Below the pieces are notes generated by a model, which was given only the letters and a program-made list of their open reading frames with translations, was not told where the DNA came from and searched no databases. Source: Eledone cirrhosa (Eukaryota). Taken from it: 64,000 nt of DNA. A program made the position numbers and the translations under genes. The stretch spans positions 5,394,001 through 5,458,000 of the forward strand of contig OZ024753.1 of assembly GCA_964016885.1 (NCBI GenBank), given 5' to 3'. Numbering within the stretch: the stretch's first letter is position 1; every line of letters begins with the position of its first letter. Positions 1 to 13,236 of this stretch are shown here, in pieces.

Positions 1-98
1 ATAGAGCATTCAGTCCATGGGACGAGTTTGGTAGAAGTAGTAACACAACCGTTAGTTCACCATACCGTGTTTACTAACTGTTGTGTTACTACTTCTAT

Positions 99-870
<772 letters not shown>

Positions 871-1121
871 CTCTCTCAATGATATTAAATAAATGGAAAC
901 TATATTTATAAAACCATATTTCAAGGGTTATATATATTTCAAGAGTTATATATATATATATATATATATATGAACAAGTAAGACCCCGACGGCTGAGCTC
1001 AAGCCGTTTCGATGGCTAATTCTGTACAGAATTAGCCGTTTTTATTACCCACTCTACTACCCTAAGTATTGAGTACTTTGGTGCGTTATGGTCCACCTGG
1101 TTCCTTACCACATTTCCTTCG

Positions 1122-1158
<37 letters not shown>

Positions 1159-1250
1159 TATTGAAGTTTCCGTTGAAAACAGAAAAAGTCAGAGCAAAAT
1201 TTAATGTATAAAAAACAACAATACCTTATTGTATTGTTGTTGTTTTATAC

Positions 1251-1285
<35 letters not shown>

Positions 1286-1741
1286 TTTTTCAACCCTTGT
1301 AATTTTAGACACACGGTTTACTGTGTTTCTTACTATATATTGTTATATATACAGAGAGGCATATAAATATGTTAATAATACATCGATCATACATTAAAAA
1401 ATACTCAATCATACATAAATTCTATCACCCATTTTCGCGATTAAGTAAAGACGTAGTTATCGTTCTTGAGATTTCGGCTTGTGAAATTTAGGGAACTGAT
1501 GTCGCTAAATCGTCAAATTATTTATCTGCACTGTTGCATCATGGGAGGAGTAATGGCTGAATTTTATTTTTTACTGACGGCAAATTTTTTAATTTCTCTC
1601 CCGGCATTTTGTTACTCGTTTCATGTTAGTGAATAAATAAAACAATTAATTTACTCCCCACCTCTCTTCAATCTCAACATCAAATTACCGTGTGGGCGAG
1701 AGGGCAAAAGTAACATGAAATACCTACACTATTATTCTCAA

Positions 1742-1925
1742 GACGGTGAATTGGCAGTATCGGTAGAGGGTCGGACGTCATGCTTTGCAGCAAAGTGTTA
1801 CGGCCCTTTATGATCTGAGTTCAAATCCAGCCGAGTTTAATTTTGCCTTTCATCCTTACGAGGTCGATAAAATAAAGTACCAGTAATGCACTGACTATTT
1901 GCAAAAGTCGAAACAACTATTATTC
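1742..1925 (+). mobile_element. tRNA-derived SINE, abundant family (other copies about 8517-8690 +, 9365-9527 -, 27140-27325 -, 29455-29668 -, 34000-34215 +, 36270-36460 +, 44025-44242 -, 46062-46247 -, 46428-46590 -)
   Basis: A-box-like TGGCAGTATCGG, B-box GAGTTCAAATCC, conserved core GCCTTTCATCCTTACGGGGTCGATAAAATAAAGTACCAG, (ATT)n tail. Confidence 0.85.
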
Positions 1926-2149
1926 TCAAAACAATGTCGGATTATTTTATCTTCTATCGCTGCACTTTCCGTATTCATAATTAAATGAATAAATTTAATA
2001 CTTCAAATATATAAAACTTTCCCTAAGTTCTTTGGTAGCTTCGTTGGTAGGATTAATGGGCATTCAGTCTTTCGTAATGAGGTGAGAAGTTCAATCTCCA
2101 GTTGACGCTGCAGAAATAAATTTATTTTATTATTTTAACATACAAATGA

Positions 2150-2403
2150 TATAATGTATATATATATATTTATATGTATATAAATACACACATAAATATG
2201 TATGTATATACACACATAAATATGTATATATATACACACATAAATATGTATATATACATATAAATATGTATATGTATATATACATACATAAATATGTATA
2301 TATACATATAAATAAGTATATATATATATATATAAATATATATATATTATATAAATATATACATATACATATACAAATAAATATATACATATACAAATAT
2401 ATA

Positions 2404-2448
<45 letters not shown>

Positions 2449-2468
2449 AATATATACATATATATATT

Positions 2469-2543
<75 letters not shown>

Positions 2544-2566
2544 GTATATGTATATATTTATATATC
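2150..2566. repeat. Compound (TA)n/(CATA)n microsatellite, representative of dozens of TA/CA/GA tracts in the window
   Basis: Low-complexity sequence read directly. Confidence 0.95.
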
Positions 2567-2567
2567 A

Positions 2568-2830
2568 TCATCATCATCTTCGTTTAACGTCCATTTTCCA
2601 CGCTAGCATGTTTTAGACGGAAGTTGTCCCGCTTGAGGCAAGGCTGGTCGGGTGACCGTGTCTCGCTCATATAGGACTACCTGGCAGGTTTTCTACGGAT
2701 GGATGCCCTTCCTAACACCAACCACATTTACAGTGTGGAACTGGGAACTTTTCACCGTGTTACTTACACGACCACATTACAGCGTGGTCTGTGTGTGTTT
2801 TTTGTCGTGACACCTACACGATCTCGATCT
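2568..2830 (-). mobile_element. SINE-like element sharing the RTE 3' tail (...CATGCTAGCGTGGAAAATGGACGTTAAACGAAGATGATGAT); many related copies (e.g. about 35540-35845, 41780-42165, 49030-49295, 58945-59190, 60255-60475)
   Basis: Shared GTTAGGAAGGGCATCC body, internal ~45-bp tandem units and a (GAT)n tail similar to the RTE LINE terminus. Confidence 0.7.
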
Positions 2831-2909
2831 CATTTTCTCGTGCTGTTGGTGGGAGTGGGAGGATAGGATAGGGGTAGTGGATTGGGGTGTATATTTGGTC
2901 AAGAGGTGC

Positions 2910-4002
2910 CTACTGACTGTAGGTTTCGCTTTGTACATAGGCAAGGCGGGTCTTCTGTATTACTGCGTAGCGCCAAAGATCTCGGTCCAGAGACACTGTA
3001 GTGTGTGAGAGATGTAAGTGTGTGAGGTCGGAATTTATCAGATCATTCCAGGTTTTTCTGGGTCTGCCTACTCCGTGGCTACCGTCTATTTTTATTGCCC
3101 TGCACTTTTTTATACAGCTGTCGTCTTTCATGCGCATCACGTGACCATACCAACGTAGTCTTCTCTCAAGTAAACAGCATCTGATCCCTCTTATTCCTAT
3201 TTTCTCACTTAGTTCATTTATGCTTTGCCGTTCATATATTACTATTACACACCCAACGGAGCATGCATGCTTCGTTCCTTTCCAGTCTACGCAGGTCCTC
3301 TGCACGTAATGCCCATGACTCACTGCCATGTAGCATTGCTGTTCGTATACAGGCATCATACAATCTGCCTTTCATTTTTAGAGAGAAACCTTTTGTGGCC
3401 AACAGCAGTATAAGCTCTCTGAACTTTTTCCATCCCATTATGATTCTGGCTACTGTACTTTCAGAACACCCTCCACCACTGCTGATTTCGTCACCCAAGT
3501 AACGGAAAGTGTCTACTATTTCTATAGAACCATCTGGGCAATAGGAGGAGCTAGTATCCTTTGTACACTTGCTACTTATTGCACCTGAGCATCGGCCACA
3601 TATAAAGTCTACGTTCTTAGATAGTTTACCTGTGATCCCACTACATCTTTTATGTACCCATACTTTGCATTTGGGACATAAAATGGAATTTCTGCCTACT
3701 CCTTTCCTACACACTGAGCATGGCCATTTCCCTGAAGGCACCTGTGCCCTATTTTCCTTTCTACAAACTAAAACTTTAGTCTTAGGCAAGTTAACTTTAA
3801 GGCCTTTTGATTCTAGGCCATGCTTCCATGTTTGGAATTTCTTCTCTAGTTCAGCCATTGATTCAGCTATGAGCGTTAGATCATCTGCGTATAGGAGTTC
3901 CCATGGGCAGCCGGTCTTGAACTCCTCTGTTGTAGCCTGAAGGGCAATAATAAATAAGGCGGAGCTGAGGACAGAGCCCTGATGAACTGCCGTTGGGGTC
4001 AT
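2910..4002 (-). mobile_element. 5'-truncated RTE-clade LINE (RT C-terminal half, PHD-like finger, thumb), frameshifted
   Basis: HQGSVLS, YADD, FRYLG and RRLRWYGHV motifs in ORFs 3232-4002 and 2910-3359. Confidence 0.9.
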
Positions 4003-5769
4003 ACATTTTCCTAAATATATATATATATTTATAAATATATATATATATTTATTAATATATATATATATATATTTATATATATATTAACAATAGACAGAAC
4101 AACAACAGCAATAGACATAGTGTTAGTCCAATTTTATTTCTTAGGAAAAACAGGAATTCCACTGCTCTCGCTCTCTCTCTCATATATATCTATATATATA
4201 CATGTGTGTGTGTGTGTGTGTGTTAAGTAATTATATATATATATATATATATATATACAGAGAGAGAGACATGTTCATACAATCAAACATACAAATGATA
4301 TAATGTATATATATTTATATGTATATATTATATATATACACATGCATATATACATACATACATATATATATGTATATATATACATGCATACATATTTATA
4401 TATATATATACATACATACATACATATATATATGGTGGCTGCCAACTCGTTTTCGAGTACGGCCACTACTTTATATCCATGTAGGAGAACCCATACCTAT
4501 GCGCTGAACGAGTGTGACTTTTTAGTCCAGCCAGCAGCTTGAAAACTCTGGCACAAACACTACACTTGTGACAATTATTGTCACATAGTGCTGGGCCCAT
4601 GGTACCATGTGACGACAAGTGCAGAGAGATCTCCAGATATAAAGTAATGCCTGTGCCGTGAAGCTTTTATAGTGAGCAAAGGCACTGCACAAAGCCAGTC
4701 CCACTCTCTTAACCAAGATGATATTTACCAAAAAGAAGAACATGTCAACATCATTGGATACCATCAGGGTTGCAGGTGTTATATCAGAGTTTTCCTTCTC
4801 ATAGAATTCTGCCTTGACAAAGGCTAAGGGGTCATCTCTCCCGGTGAATTTGGATGGCCATTGACTCCTAAAAGCTCCTTTGCCCTTTGACAGGTTTTGT
4901 TTTTAGTCCTGCAGGATGTCCAAAGTCACCCTCCTCACCAAGAAACCTTGGTGGGGTTGCCAGTTTAGTCGCCAACGACCCGACCATGAGACAGGTTGTA
5001 CTGGGATACATGTTACCAGTAGCACCAACATATATATATACACATATATATATACATACACACACATATATATATATACACATACATATATATATATATA
5101 CATACATATATGCATACATTCATACATACATACATACATACATGATGACTGCCCCCTCGTTATCGAGTATGGCCATTGCAGGATATACCATTATTAATTA
5201 ATTCTATCGTGCAATGCCTGTGCGTGAAGATATTTTTTAAAGTGAGGAAAGACTGTGCACTGAGCCAATCACACTCACTGAGCGACAGTAGCTATAACCC
5301 GGATAGAAGAAAAGATCAACATCATCGGTAACTACTGAGCCGCAGGTTTTATATCGGAGGTATCCCAGTTTCCTGAATTGCCTTCTCCTAGAAGAATGTC
5401 CTGAGAAAGACTAGGGGTCCTTCACTCCCAGTGGTTTAACCGCGTGATCGGGTGTCCAGCCTGACCAGTCCGCCACTGTGCATACATATATACGCACGCT
5501 TGCGGGCACAGAGAGGGGGTGGGGCCGTGGTTTGATTCACGCAGGCGGTTCTGTCATATTTTGTGTGTGTGTGTGTTTAATGACCGCAGACATGTCTGTG
5601 TGGCTAAGGATCTCACATCACAAACCATGCAGTTCTGGGTTCAGTCCCGCTGCCCGACACCTTGGACAAGTACTTTCAGTCTACAGGTATAACTTCAGGT
5701 TGACCAATGAGTTTGCAGTGGTACTTGGGAAACTGAAACTGCAGAGGTGTGTCGTGTGTGTGTGCACGC

Positions 5770-5965
5770 TTGTTTACATTCCGTAACGTAGCAGTTCGAC
5801 AAAAAGGGATCGATAAAATAATTGCCATTTGTGTGTGTGTGTGTGTTTACGTTCCGTAACGTAGCAGTTCGACAAAAAGGGATCGATAAAATAATTGCCA
5901 TCTGGGTGTATGTGTTTACGTTCCGTAACGTAGCAGTTCGACAAAAAGGAATCGATAAAATAAGG
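5770..5965. repeat. Three tandem ~70-75-bp copies of a SINE segment (GTTTACGTTCCGTAACGTAGCAGTTCGACAAAAAGGGATCGATAAAATAA)
   Basis: Direct repeats starting at about 5772, 5845 and 5914. Confidence 0.85.
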
Positions 5966-6420
5966 GCAAAACGTAAAAAGAAAAAGAAAACTGGGATCGA
6001 TAACTTCGACTAAATCAAGGTGGGGTCCCGGCATGGCCGCAGTCTAATGGCTAAAACATATATATATATCCACATATATATACATACACACATTTGATCC
6101 AAACAGAAACTTAACCTTGTACCAATTTAAGAGAATACGCGTACGCATACCTATTTACTTTACTATTGCAAAAGCCGCCTGGATGTAGGTAGATACAGAT
6201 GGGTAGCCCTGCTAAAAATATCATCGGCTGCTGCTATTGAAGCCCTCATCTCCCTACTGACCTTTTAGAAGCATCAATACCATACCTTCCCATCCCTATA
6301 TGTCCAGTTACTTACTGGTCACTGAAAATTTCACGTGCTTTCAGTGGCGTACATGCAAGCAGTCACGCCACCACATATCTATCCCGCATCGCACAAAACA
6401 AATAAACTGGCCAAAATTTA

Positions 6421-6528
6421 GTGACGTCAGAGGGATACGAATTAAACACCCGCTCAGGACTTCAGCCAGTGTCACTTTCCGGTCAGTTGTTCATAAAAAA
6501 AGTGACCAGACAGGAGTGAAAATGGCGG
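6421..6528 (+). promoter_or_regulatory. Candidate promoter of NHL copy 1: CRE (TGACGTCA), ETS-like GTCACTTTCCGG, YY1-like AAAATGGCGG over the ATG
   Basis: Motifs read at about 6422, 6471 and 6519; same motif classes as in the ATP5MG promoter. Confidence 0.4.
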
Positions 6529-7385
6529 ATTCGAATACTGTCAAGGTGAAAAGAGAAGTTGCGTTTCTACAAGAATTCTCAGCCGAATTACCAGACGATG
6601 AATATACTTGCAGACTGCATTCGATACTTACAATCGAAGATAATAAAATTGCTGTGATTGATTTTAACAACAAGAGATTAAAGCTGTTCAATCAATCAGG
6701 TGGATTTCTTCACAGTGTTGAATTTGAACATCATCCTCGCCGTGCTTGCTTAACCCCGTCTAAGGATATTATCGTCACCCTCAAGGGAATCAGTCAGCTA
6801 GCAATGATTCGATACATCGATCACCAATTACGTATAACCAATAGAATCCAGACTGACAAGGAATATATTGATATCGATGCTATCGACCACAAGAGGTTAG
6901 TTGCAAACATGTGCGGCTATATTGATGTGTTAACTTATGAAGGCAAGGTGTTGAACCGTATAAACCACTACATTGGTGAAGGAACTGAGGGACTACGAGT
7001 GAAATTTCCATCATCTCTAAGAACCTGGAACAACCTCATTTACACGACAGAGGTACGCTACAACGGAGATAGGAGTCTCGGTTTACAATCGATGATTTGT
7101 TGTGACCTGTTTGGTAAAGCCAAATTTGTTTATAAAGGTCCGAAAGAGCCTCTATTGTTTCCTTGTGGGGTCACCCTAGACAAATATGGTAATATTTACG
7201 TAGCTTGTCGAATGACTAGCCGAATTTACCAAATAGCGCCAAACGGTTTAATGGAAAGCTTGCTTTTGTCCAAGTCTGACGGATTATGTCAACCATGGTG
7301 CATGTGGGTTAATGAAAACATGAAGCTTATGTTCACCGAATATGAATCCAGCATCATTCGTATGTTTCAATTGCCTTATGAATAA
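6522..7385 (+). CDS. Intronless stand-alone NHL-repeat/beta-propeller protein (TRIM-NHL C-terminal-like), copy 1, 287 aa from the likely ATG at 6522 (ORF is open from 6300)
   Basis: NHL-like blades (IAVIDFNNKRLKLFN; PCGVTLDKYGNIYVAC; QPWCMWVNEN). ATG 6522 sits in AAAATGGCGG context and gives nearly the same length as the 288-aa paralogue. No RING or B-box visible. Confidence 0.8.
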   Translation: MADSNTVKVKREVAFLQEFSAELPDDEYTCRLHSILTIEDNKIAVIDFNNKRLKLFNQSGGFLHSVEFEHHPRRACLTPSKDIIVTLKGISQLAMIRYIDHQLRITNRIQTDKEYIDIDAIDHKRLVANMCGYIDVLTYEGKVLNRINHYIGEGTEGLRVKFPSSLRTWNNLIYTTEVRYNGDRSLGLQSMICCDLFGKAKFVYKGPKEPLLFPCGVTLDKYGNIYVACRMTSRIYQIAPNGLMESLLLSKSDGLCQPWCMWVNENMKLMFTEYESSIIRMFQLPYE

Positions 7386-10380
7386 TCATAACATTGAAAT
7401 ACCAATTATCATTCAACATATACACAAACACTTTTTCCGTAGAAAAAAAAAACAAAAAAAAAAACATTATTTCTTTCAACTTCATCAATTTAAAAAAAAA
7501 TTTGATATCTTAAAATTATCAAAACTTTTATAATTATATACATTTGTAGAAAACCAGTTTATATTTTCTATTAAAAAAAAATCCAAAACAAAAATATTAC
7601 CCCCTTTTTTTCTGAGTAGCAATTGGTAAGGTAAGAGGAGACTTTTGGATAATTTTTTTTATTGTAGTTGAATTTATACATTTTTCTATATAATTTCTTT
7701 TGATAAGAGATTTAAAACGAAACAAAATGTTTGAAAAACAAACATACAATATATTTCTAATGTTATATTGTCTGCCAAACTAAAATCTAAACTTTATTTC
7801 GTTTTTAATTTCTATTTCTATATTAGTTTTTAAATTTGAAAACAAAAAAACAAAACAAAAAAAAAAAGAAACTAAAAAACAAATATAATGTATTAAACCT
7901 TTTGGACGATTATGTAACCCTCTTAATACACCTTATTTGCTGTTCTATTGGGCGCCCCCTGGTTTTACAAGCACATTTTGAGAAAAAAGAATTTTAGTAC
8001 ATTTCTTCATAAATTCATTAAATATTATTTCATTGAATCAACCAACTGGCAATTTATAATAAATTGAAGTGAAAACCAACAGGTGCGTGTGTTTTTATTG
8101 GCAGCATGACCCTCCCAACGTATGACAATATTATTTCATTGTTTATTCAAAAACTCTTATATAAGTTTGACATCATTTTGGTTTCATAAATTGTATTACT
8201 GTATTAGTAATAATAATAGTAATACAAACTAGATTTTATAACCATGTTTGTCTTTACCCTTCATTCAGCTTCCCATCGGTGATGCCGGCATATTGGACGC
8301 AGGGAAGATATTTTATGTTTTATTTGGCGAGTGGATGTGTCCAATAGGCCGGCAAATACGTTATATTATATCATATATATTTCTTAATAAAACAATTTAA
8401 CCTGGAATATTCAGAAGGATATGAAATCTGCTCTGGATACATTTTCCCTTGACTTTGACTATTTCTAAAAAATAACTGCTTTAAAGAAATTGCTGTTTAT
8501 TATTTGCAGGATGCAAAGGTGGTGAATTGGCAGTATCAGTAGAGGGTCGGACGCCATGCTTTGCAGCATAGTTACGGTCTGAGTCCAAATCCCGCCGAGG
8601 TTAACTGCCTTTCATCCTTACGGGGTCGATAAAATAAAGTACCAGTAACGCACTGGGGTAATTGCTGGCCTTGTGCCAAAAGTAGACGTCAAAATTCTTG
8701 ACAGTATTTTTATTTTGAAGTTACGTAAGGTTAAAAAAATGCTCACGAGAACGCCGTATGTCAGTACGGCGCACCTACGACTCCATCGGGAGTTACAAGG
8801 ATTAGGAAGAAGAAATATTGAAATGGCTGACAACGATCTGAGAGGACTTGTAATGGTGTCTTCACAGGCGTCCCTCGTTATGCGTAAATGAAAGAAAATA
8901 TTTTCTTCGTGTTCCAGCTAAGGAAAAAAGTAAAAAGAATTTGTCTTTTCCCTACTAGGAAGGGCATCCAGCCGTAGAAAGGGTGCCAAACAAAGGGTTA
9001 AGAGGACCCTTTGTGTCAAGGACATGACAGTCTCTCTGGTGTTGGTGATCAACACAATACCTGCCAAAAAAAAAAATGTTTTGAAGTAAAACGTTAAATA
9101 AGTCCGTGGCATAAATTAAGGCCAATTCTTCCATTTGCCGGAGGACCTTATTTAATTCCCTGAACTGTAACCGTTTTTTTTTTCCCTAACACTCGTCTGA
9201 TCAGAGTTGTTCTGGTACTACATACAAGTAAAACATAAAAAAAAACTTGGTATAATAACAAAAACAGACAAGGATAATTTAATCATAATTATTCTTTTAT
9301 TTAATGTAGGTCATCCTTCCTAGGATGATAAAATAAAGGACCAATTGAATATTGGGTCAATCTTGGCAGTAAAATCGGAAGAACGTCGATTAAATCGTCT
9401 CTAGTGCATTACTGGTACTTTATTTTATCGACCTCGGCGGGATTTGAACTCAGATCGTAAAGGGGCGTAACCCTATGCCATAAAGCATATTGTCCGACGC
9501 TCTACCAATACTGCTAATCTACCGCTCTTATGGTTGAAATAATAATTGTTTCTACTTTTGGCACAAGTCCAGCAATTACCCAGTACATTACAGGTACTTT
9601 ATTTTATCAACTCCGTAAGAATGAAAGGCAAAGTTAACTTCGGCGATAATGATAGTTTAAATGAGTTCAAATCCAGCCGAGATCAAATAGCCTTTCAGGG
9701 TCGATAAAATAAAGTACCAGTCAAGGAATGAGGCTGATTTTATCAACTTTGTTCTTCTCTCAAAATATGCTGACTTCGTGCCTAAATTAAAAATCAATAT
9801 ACATAAATATACTTACAGGTGTCTGTCTTCCCCAGTTGATGGCTGTTGCGGTCCAGTTACGTATGTCGAGTTTGGGGACGTGGGTGGTCCGCGTTTGGTT
9901 TGGAAGGAGTCACAAGTACAGGTTGGCATTCAGTTTAGGGGGTTGCTGGGTGTTTGTGAACTGATTGGAGCAATAACGGCCCTATTTATGTATACCATAC
10001 ATACGCATTTGATCCCAACAACACTTGATCTTGTACCAATGAAGGGACACACATAAATACGCAATAGTGGTTACCTAACTATAGCTTTGGTCATCTAAAA
10101 CTAGGCAGATATACCAAGAGGAAACCTTGCTGATAATATAATTATCCATTGTTGCTAGGGAAGCTCACCTCTCCATGACTGCTAGTTTATATAATCACGT
10201 GGTTCCGGTGTTCACGCACATATGTGCATGCGCATAGGCAATCATGCAGCGTACGAAACAAATAAGTATAGGAATGAAGAAACGAATAAAAATCTATTGA
10301 TTCCAGAGAATAACGAATTCGACAGCCGCTCGGAACTTCAACCTCACCCTTTTCCCCCATAAAAATTAAGGGAGCAACCA

Positions 10381-11247
10381 ATGAAGGCGGAAGCAGACTC
10401 GGCCAGAGGAGAAGAGGGGGAAAGTTGTTCAATTTTTCAACAATTCTCAACCGCATTACCAGACGATACAATTATTTGCAGACTACATTCGATACTTACA
10501 ATTGAAGATAATAAGATTGCTGTGATTGACTTCAACAATAAGAAGTTAAAGCTGTTCAATGAATCAGGTGCATATCTACACAGTATTAAATTTGATCATC
10601 ATCCTCGTCGTGCTTGCTTAACTCCTGATGAGGATATTATCGTCACCCTGAAGGGGATCAATCAGTTAATCATGATTGGATATATCAATCACCAATTACG
10701 TATTATTAAAATAATCCAGACCGAAAGGGAGTATATTGATATCGATGCGATCGATAGGGTGAGGCTGGTTACGAATATGCACGACTCCATTGATGTGATA
10801 AATTATGAAGGCAGGGTGTTGAACCGTATAAACAATTACTTTAGTGAAGGAACTGAATGTCCTCGTATGAAATTTCTATCATCTCTAAGAACCAAGAACA
10901 ACCTCATTTACACGACAGAGATATGTAATAGATACTCAAGTGGCTCACCGTGTATGGTCTGTTGTGACCTGTTTGGTAGAGTCGAATTTGTATATAAAGG
11001 TCCTAAAGAGCCTCTTTCGTTACCCTGTGGGGTCACCCTAGACAAATATGGTAATATTTACGTAGCTTGTCGAAGGACAGGCCGAATTTACCAAATAACG
11101 CCAAACGGTTTGGGTGAAAGCTTGATCTTTTCCATGCCTAACAGATCATCTCAACCATGGTGTATGTGGATTACTGAAAATCTGAGGCTTATGTTCACTG
11201 AATATGAAACCAGCATAATTCGTGTAATTCAATTGCCCGATGACTAA
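10381..11247 (+). CDS. Intronless stand-alone NHL-repeat/beta-propeller protein, copy 2 (tandem paralogue), 288 aa
   Basis: Uninterrupted ORF, collinear with copy 1 (CRLHSILTIEDNKIAVIDFNNK; VYKGPKEPLxxPCGVTLDKYGNIYVACR). About 70% aa identity by eye. Confidence 0.8.
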   Translation: MKAEADSARGEEGESCSIFQQFSTALPDDTIICRLHSILTIEDNKIAVIDFNNKKLKLFNESGAYLHSIKFDHHPRRACLTPDEDIIVTLKGINQLIMIGYINHQLRIIKIIQTEREYIDIDAIDRVRLVTNMHDSIDVINYEGRVLNRINNYFSEGTECPRMKFLSSLRTKNNLIYTTEICNRYSSGSPCMVCCDLFGRVEFVYKGPKEPLSLPCGVTLDKYGNIYVACRRTGRIYQITPNGLGESLIFSMPNRSSQPWCMWITENLRLMFTEYETSIIRVIQLPDD

Positions 11248-11518
11248 CATTTAAACCGAAACGCCTTATACACGAGTACATTTAAAAACATTTTTTTTAG
11301 ACTAAAAAAGAAATTCAGTTGAATCTCTGTTCACGAACTTAATTGGTTCCCGAAGGTCGTTTGTCACCTGAAACTATTTTTCCCACACTGAAAGAGACTG
11401 TGTAAAAGACATAGATATCACCATATCAACTAACTATACAGCAAAGGAGGCTTCCCCACTCATAATCCCAGCTTGTTGCCAAATGTTGCTGGCTTGCGTA
11501 TCCGTCCCTCGAGACGTT

Positions 11519-11549
<31 letters not shown>

Positions 11550-11557
11550 TGTGTGTG

Positions 11558-11838
11558 CAGGGCTGGATTTAATGGGAGGGGAGCCCCAGGTCCCCTGCAG
11601 TGTAGGCTGGGGCACCAGCGACGACCGTACCGATTTATTTGTGCCCTCTGCTGGGCTCTTTAGTTTTAATACCTGTATGTATAAATTTTCAATTCCAATT
11701 ACTTGCGCCAAGCTAGCTTTGATATGTAAAATGTTGGGGGGTGGGGTTGCTGTGTATTCTAATTTGTGTATGATCCCCCTTTCCCGCCCCGCCCAACCTG
11801 AAGTGCCCCGGGCCCTTCAACGTCTAAATCCAACCCTG
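11558..11838. mobile_element. hAT-type MITE
   Basis: TIR CAGGGCTGGATTTA / TAAATCCAACCCTG; near-identical 8-bp flanks (TGTGTGTG and TATGTGTG). Confidence 0.75.
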
Positions 11839-13236
11839 TATGTGTGATGTCCGAACGTGTATCCTCCACCTCCAACTATCTTGGTCCCGGCCGCCTGGAT
11901 GGAGAATACATTATCCAGGAAGACGGTGGGGGAGATGGATTGGTAGTATTTAAACTTGAAAACAAAAATTAACCTTTAAAAAATAAGTAAAATGTATTGA
12001 ATTTTTTGGACGAGTAATCTGTATGCGTTTTTAGAATATATTCCTTTATCTTTTTAAATTCATAATATTGAGTAAGTTTTTAACCATAATCTGGACATGC
12101 GAAGTTAGGCAGAAAGGTTCTTAGGCTGATTATGAAGGAGTGATGCTAGAGCTGTGAAATCTTGCATGCATTAATTTCAACTCTCCTTTTTTAAGTGGTA
12201 GCATTCCTGTGCTATTTAATGTTTTTTAATAAAAGATTATACATAACAAAAAAAAAAAAAATCATTACTAGAAATCTCATACGGTATAAAATAAATAGGA
12301 TGGGTTGATGTCTCAATGTGTTAACTAAACGACAAATTCTGGTTTTTAAAAAAGTCAAGGGAGACAACTTGGTATTTATTCCGACTCTCTCCCCACGTGT
12401 TTTAAGCCCTGCCGAGGTCAACTTAGTCTTTCATCCTTACGGGGATGGGTGGGGACAAAGTACCAGTCCAGGGCCATGGATTACCGGAATTGAGCGTCGA
12501 ACTGGATACCTTGCGTTATTTTTCTAGTTCTTAGAGTTCTAAGTTCAAATTTAGCTGTGGCATATTTTGGCCCATGGATGTATTTAGTAGAGTCTACTGT
12601 GTTGGCTTTTTTTTTTTTTTTAGGTGTTCAGGATGAATTTAACCTTTAAACCAGTCGGAAATTATTCCTTTTTTAAAATTTAATGGCGGTGGGAAGAGGG
12701 CAACCTCGGAGTTCTCCAATTTGGACGTGGAATTTGTTTTTCCCATGTACCGAATGAACATAGTTTTCAAAACTAACGAAAATTATTAATTTTTTTAGTT
12801 AATAGAAGGAAGGGGCACTCCACCCCAATTGCCCCAGTTAACTGGAAAATTTCCCCCTTATGACAAGACGGGTGTAATGTTCATATTTGATAAACCCAAG
12901 AACTCCGAGGATAACCGAATAATTTCCGACTGTTTTGAATTCCAAATTCGTTCAGAACATTAAAAAAAAATAAAAGGAAAATCAGAAATTTCACCTCCAA
13001 TGCGGGATAGGTGTATTTTTAAAAATTACCTACGTTTTGGGCTCACTGCGTTCCCAGTTCAATTTTGTCTTTCATTTATAAAGTACCAGTCTAATACTGG
13101 AGTCGATTCTGCCTCTATATTCTTTTGTTACATTCTATCTCACACCTGGGGAGGGATGAGCTCCGCCAGGTTTAAATTACCCAAGACACACCATATATAA
13201 AATAAATCAAACGAAAGAAAAGTCCTCAACGATATA

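Noticed and set aside
2130-2616. Tyr/Ile-rich ORFs here and at many other TA/CA tracts
   Set aside because: Microsatellite translations.
6300-6521. 74-aa N-terminal extension of NHL copy 1
   Set aside because: Not conserved in the paralogue and contains promoter-like motifs; ATG 6522 has better context and matches the paralogue length. Not formally excluded.
8517-8610. tRNA-like A/B boxes
   Set aside because: Heads of multi-copy SINEs; no complete cloverleaf.
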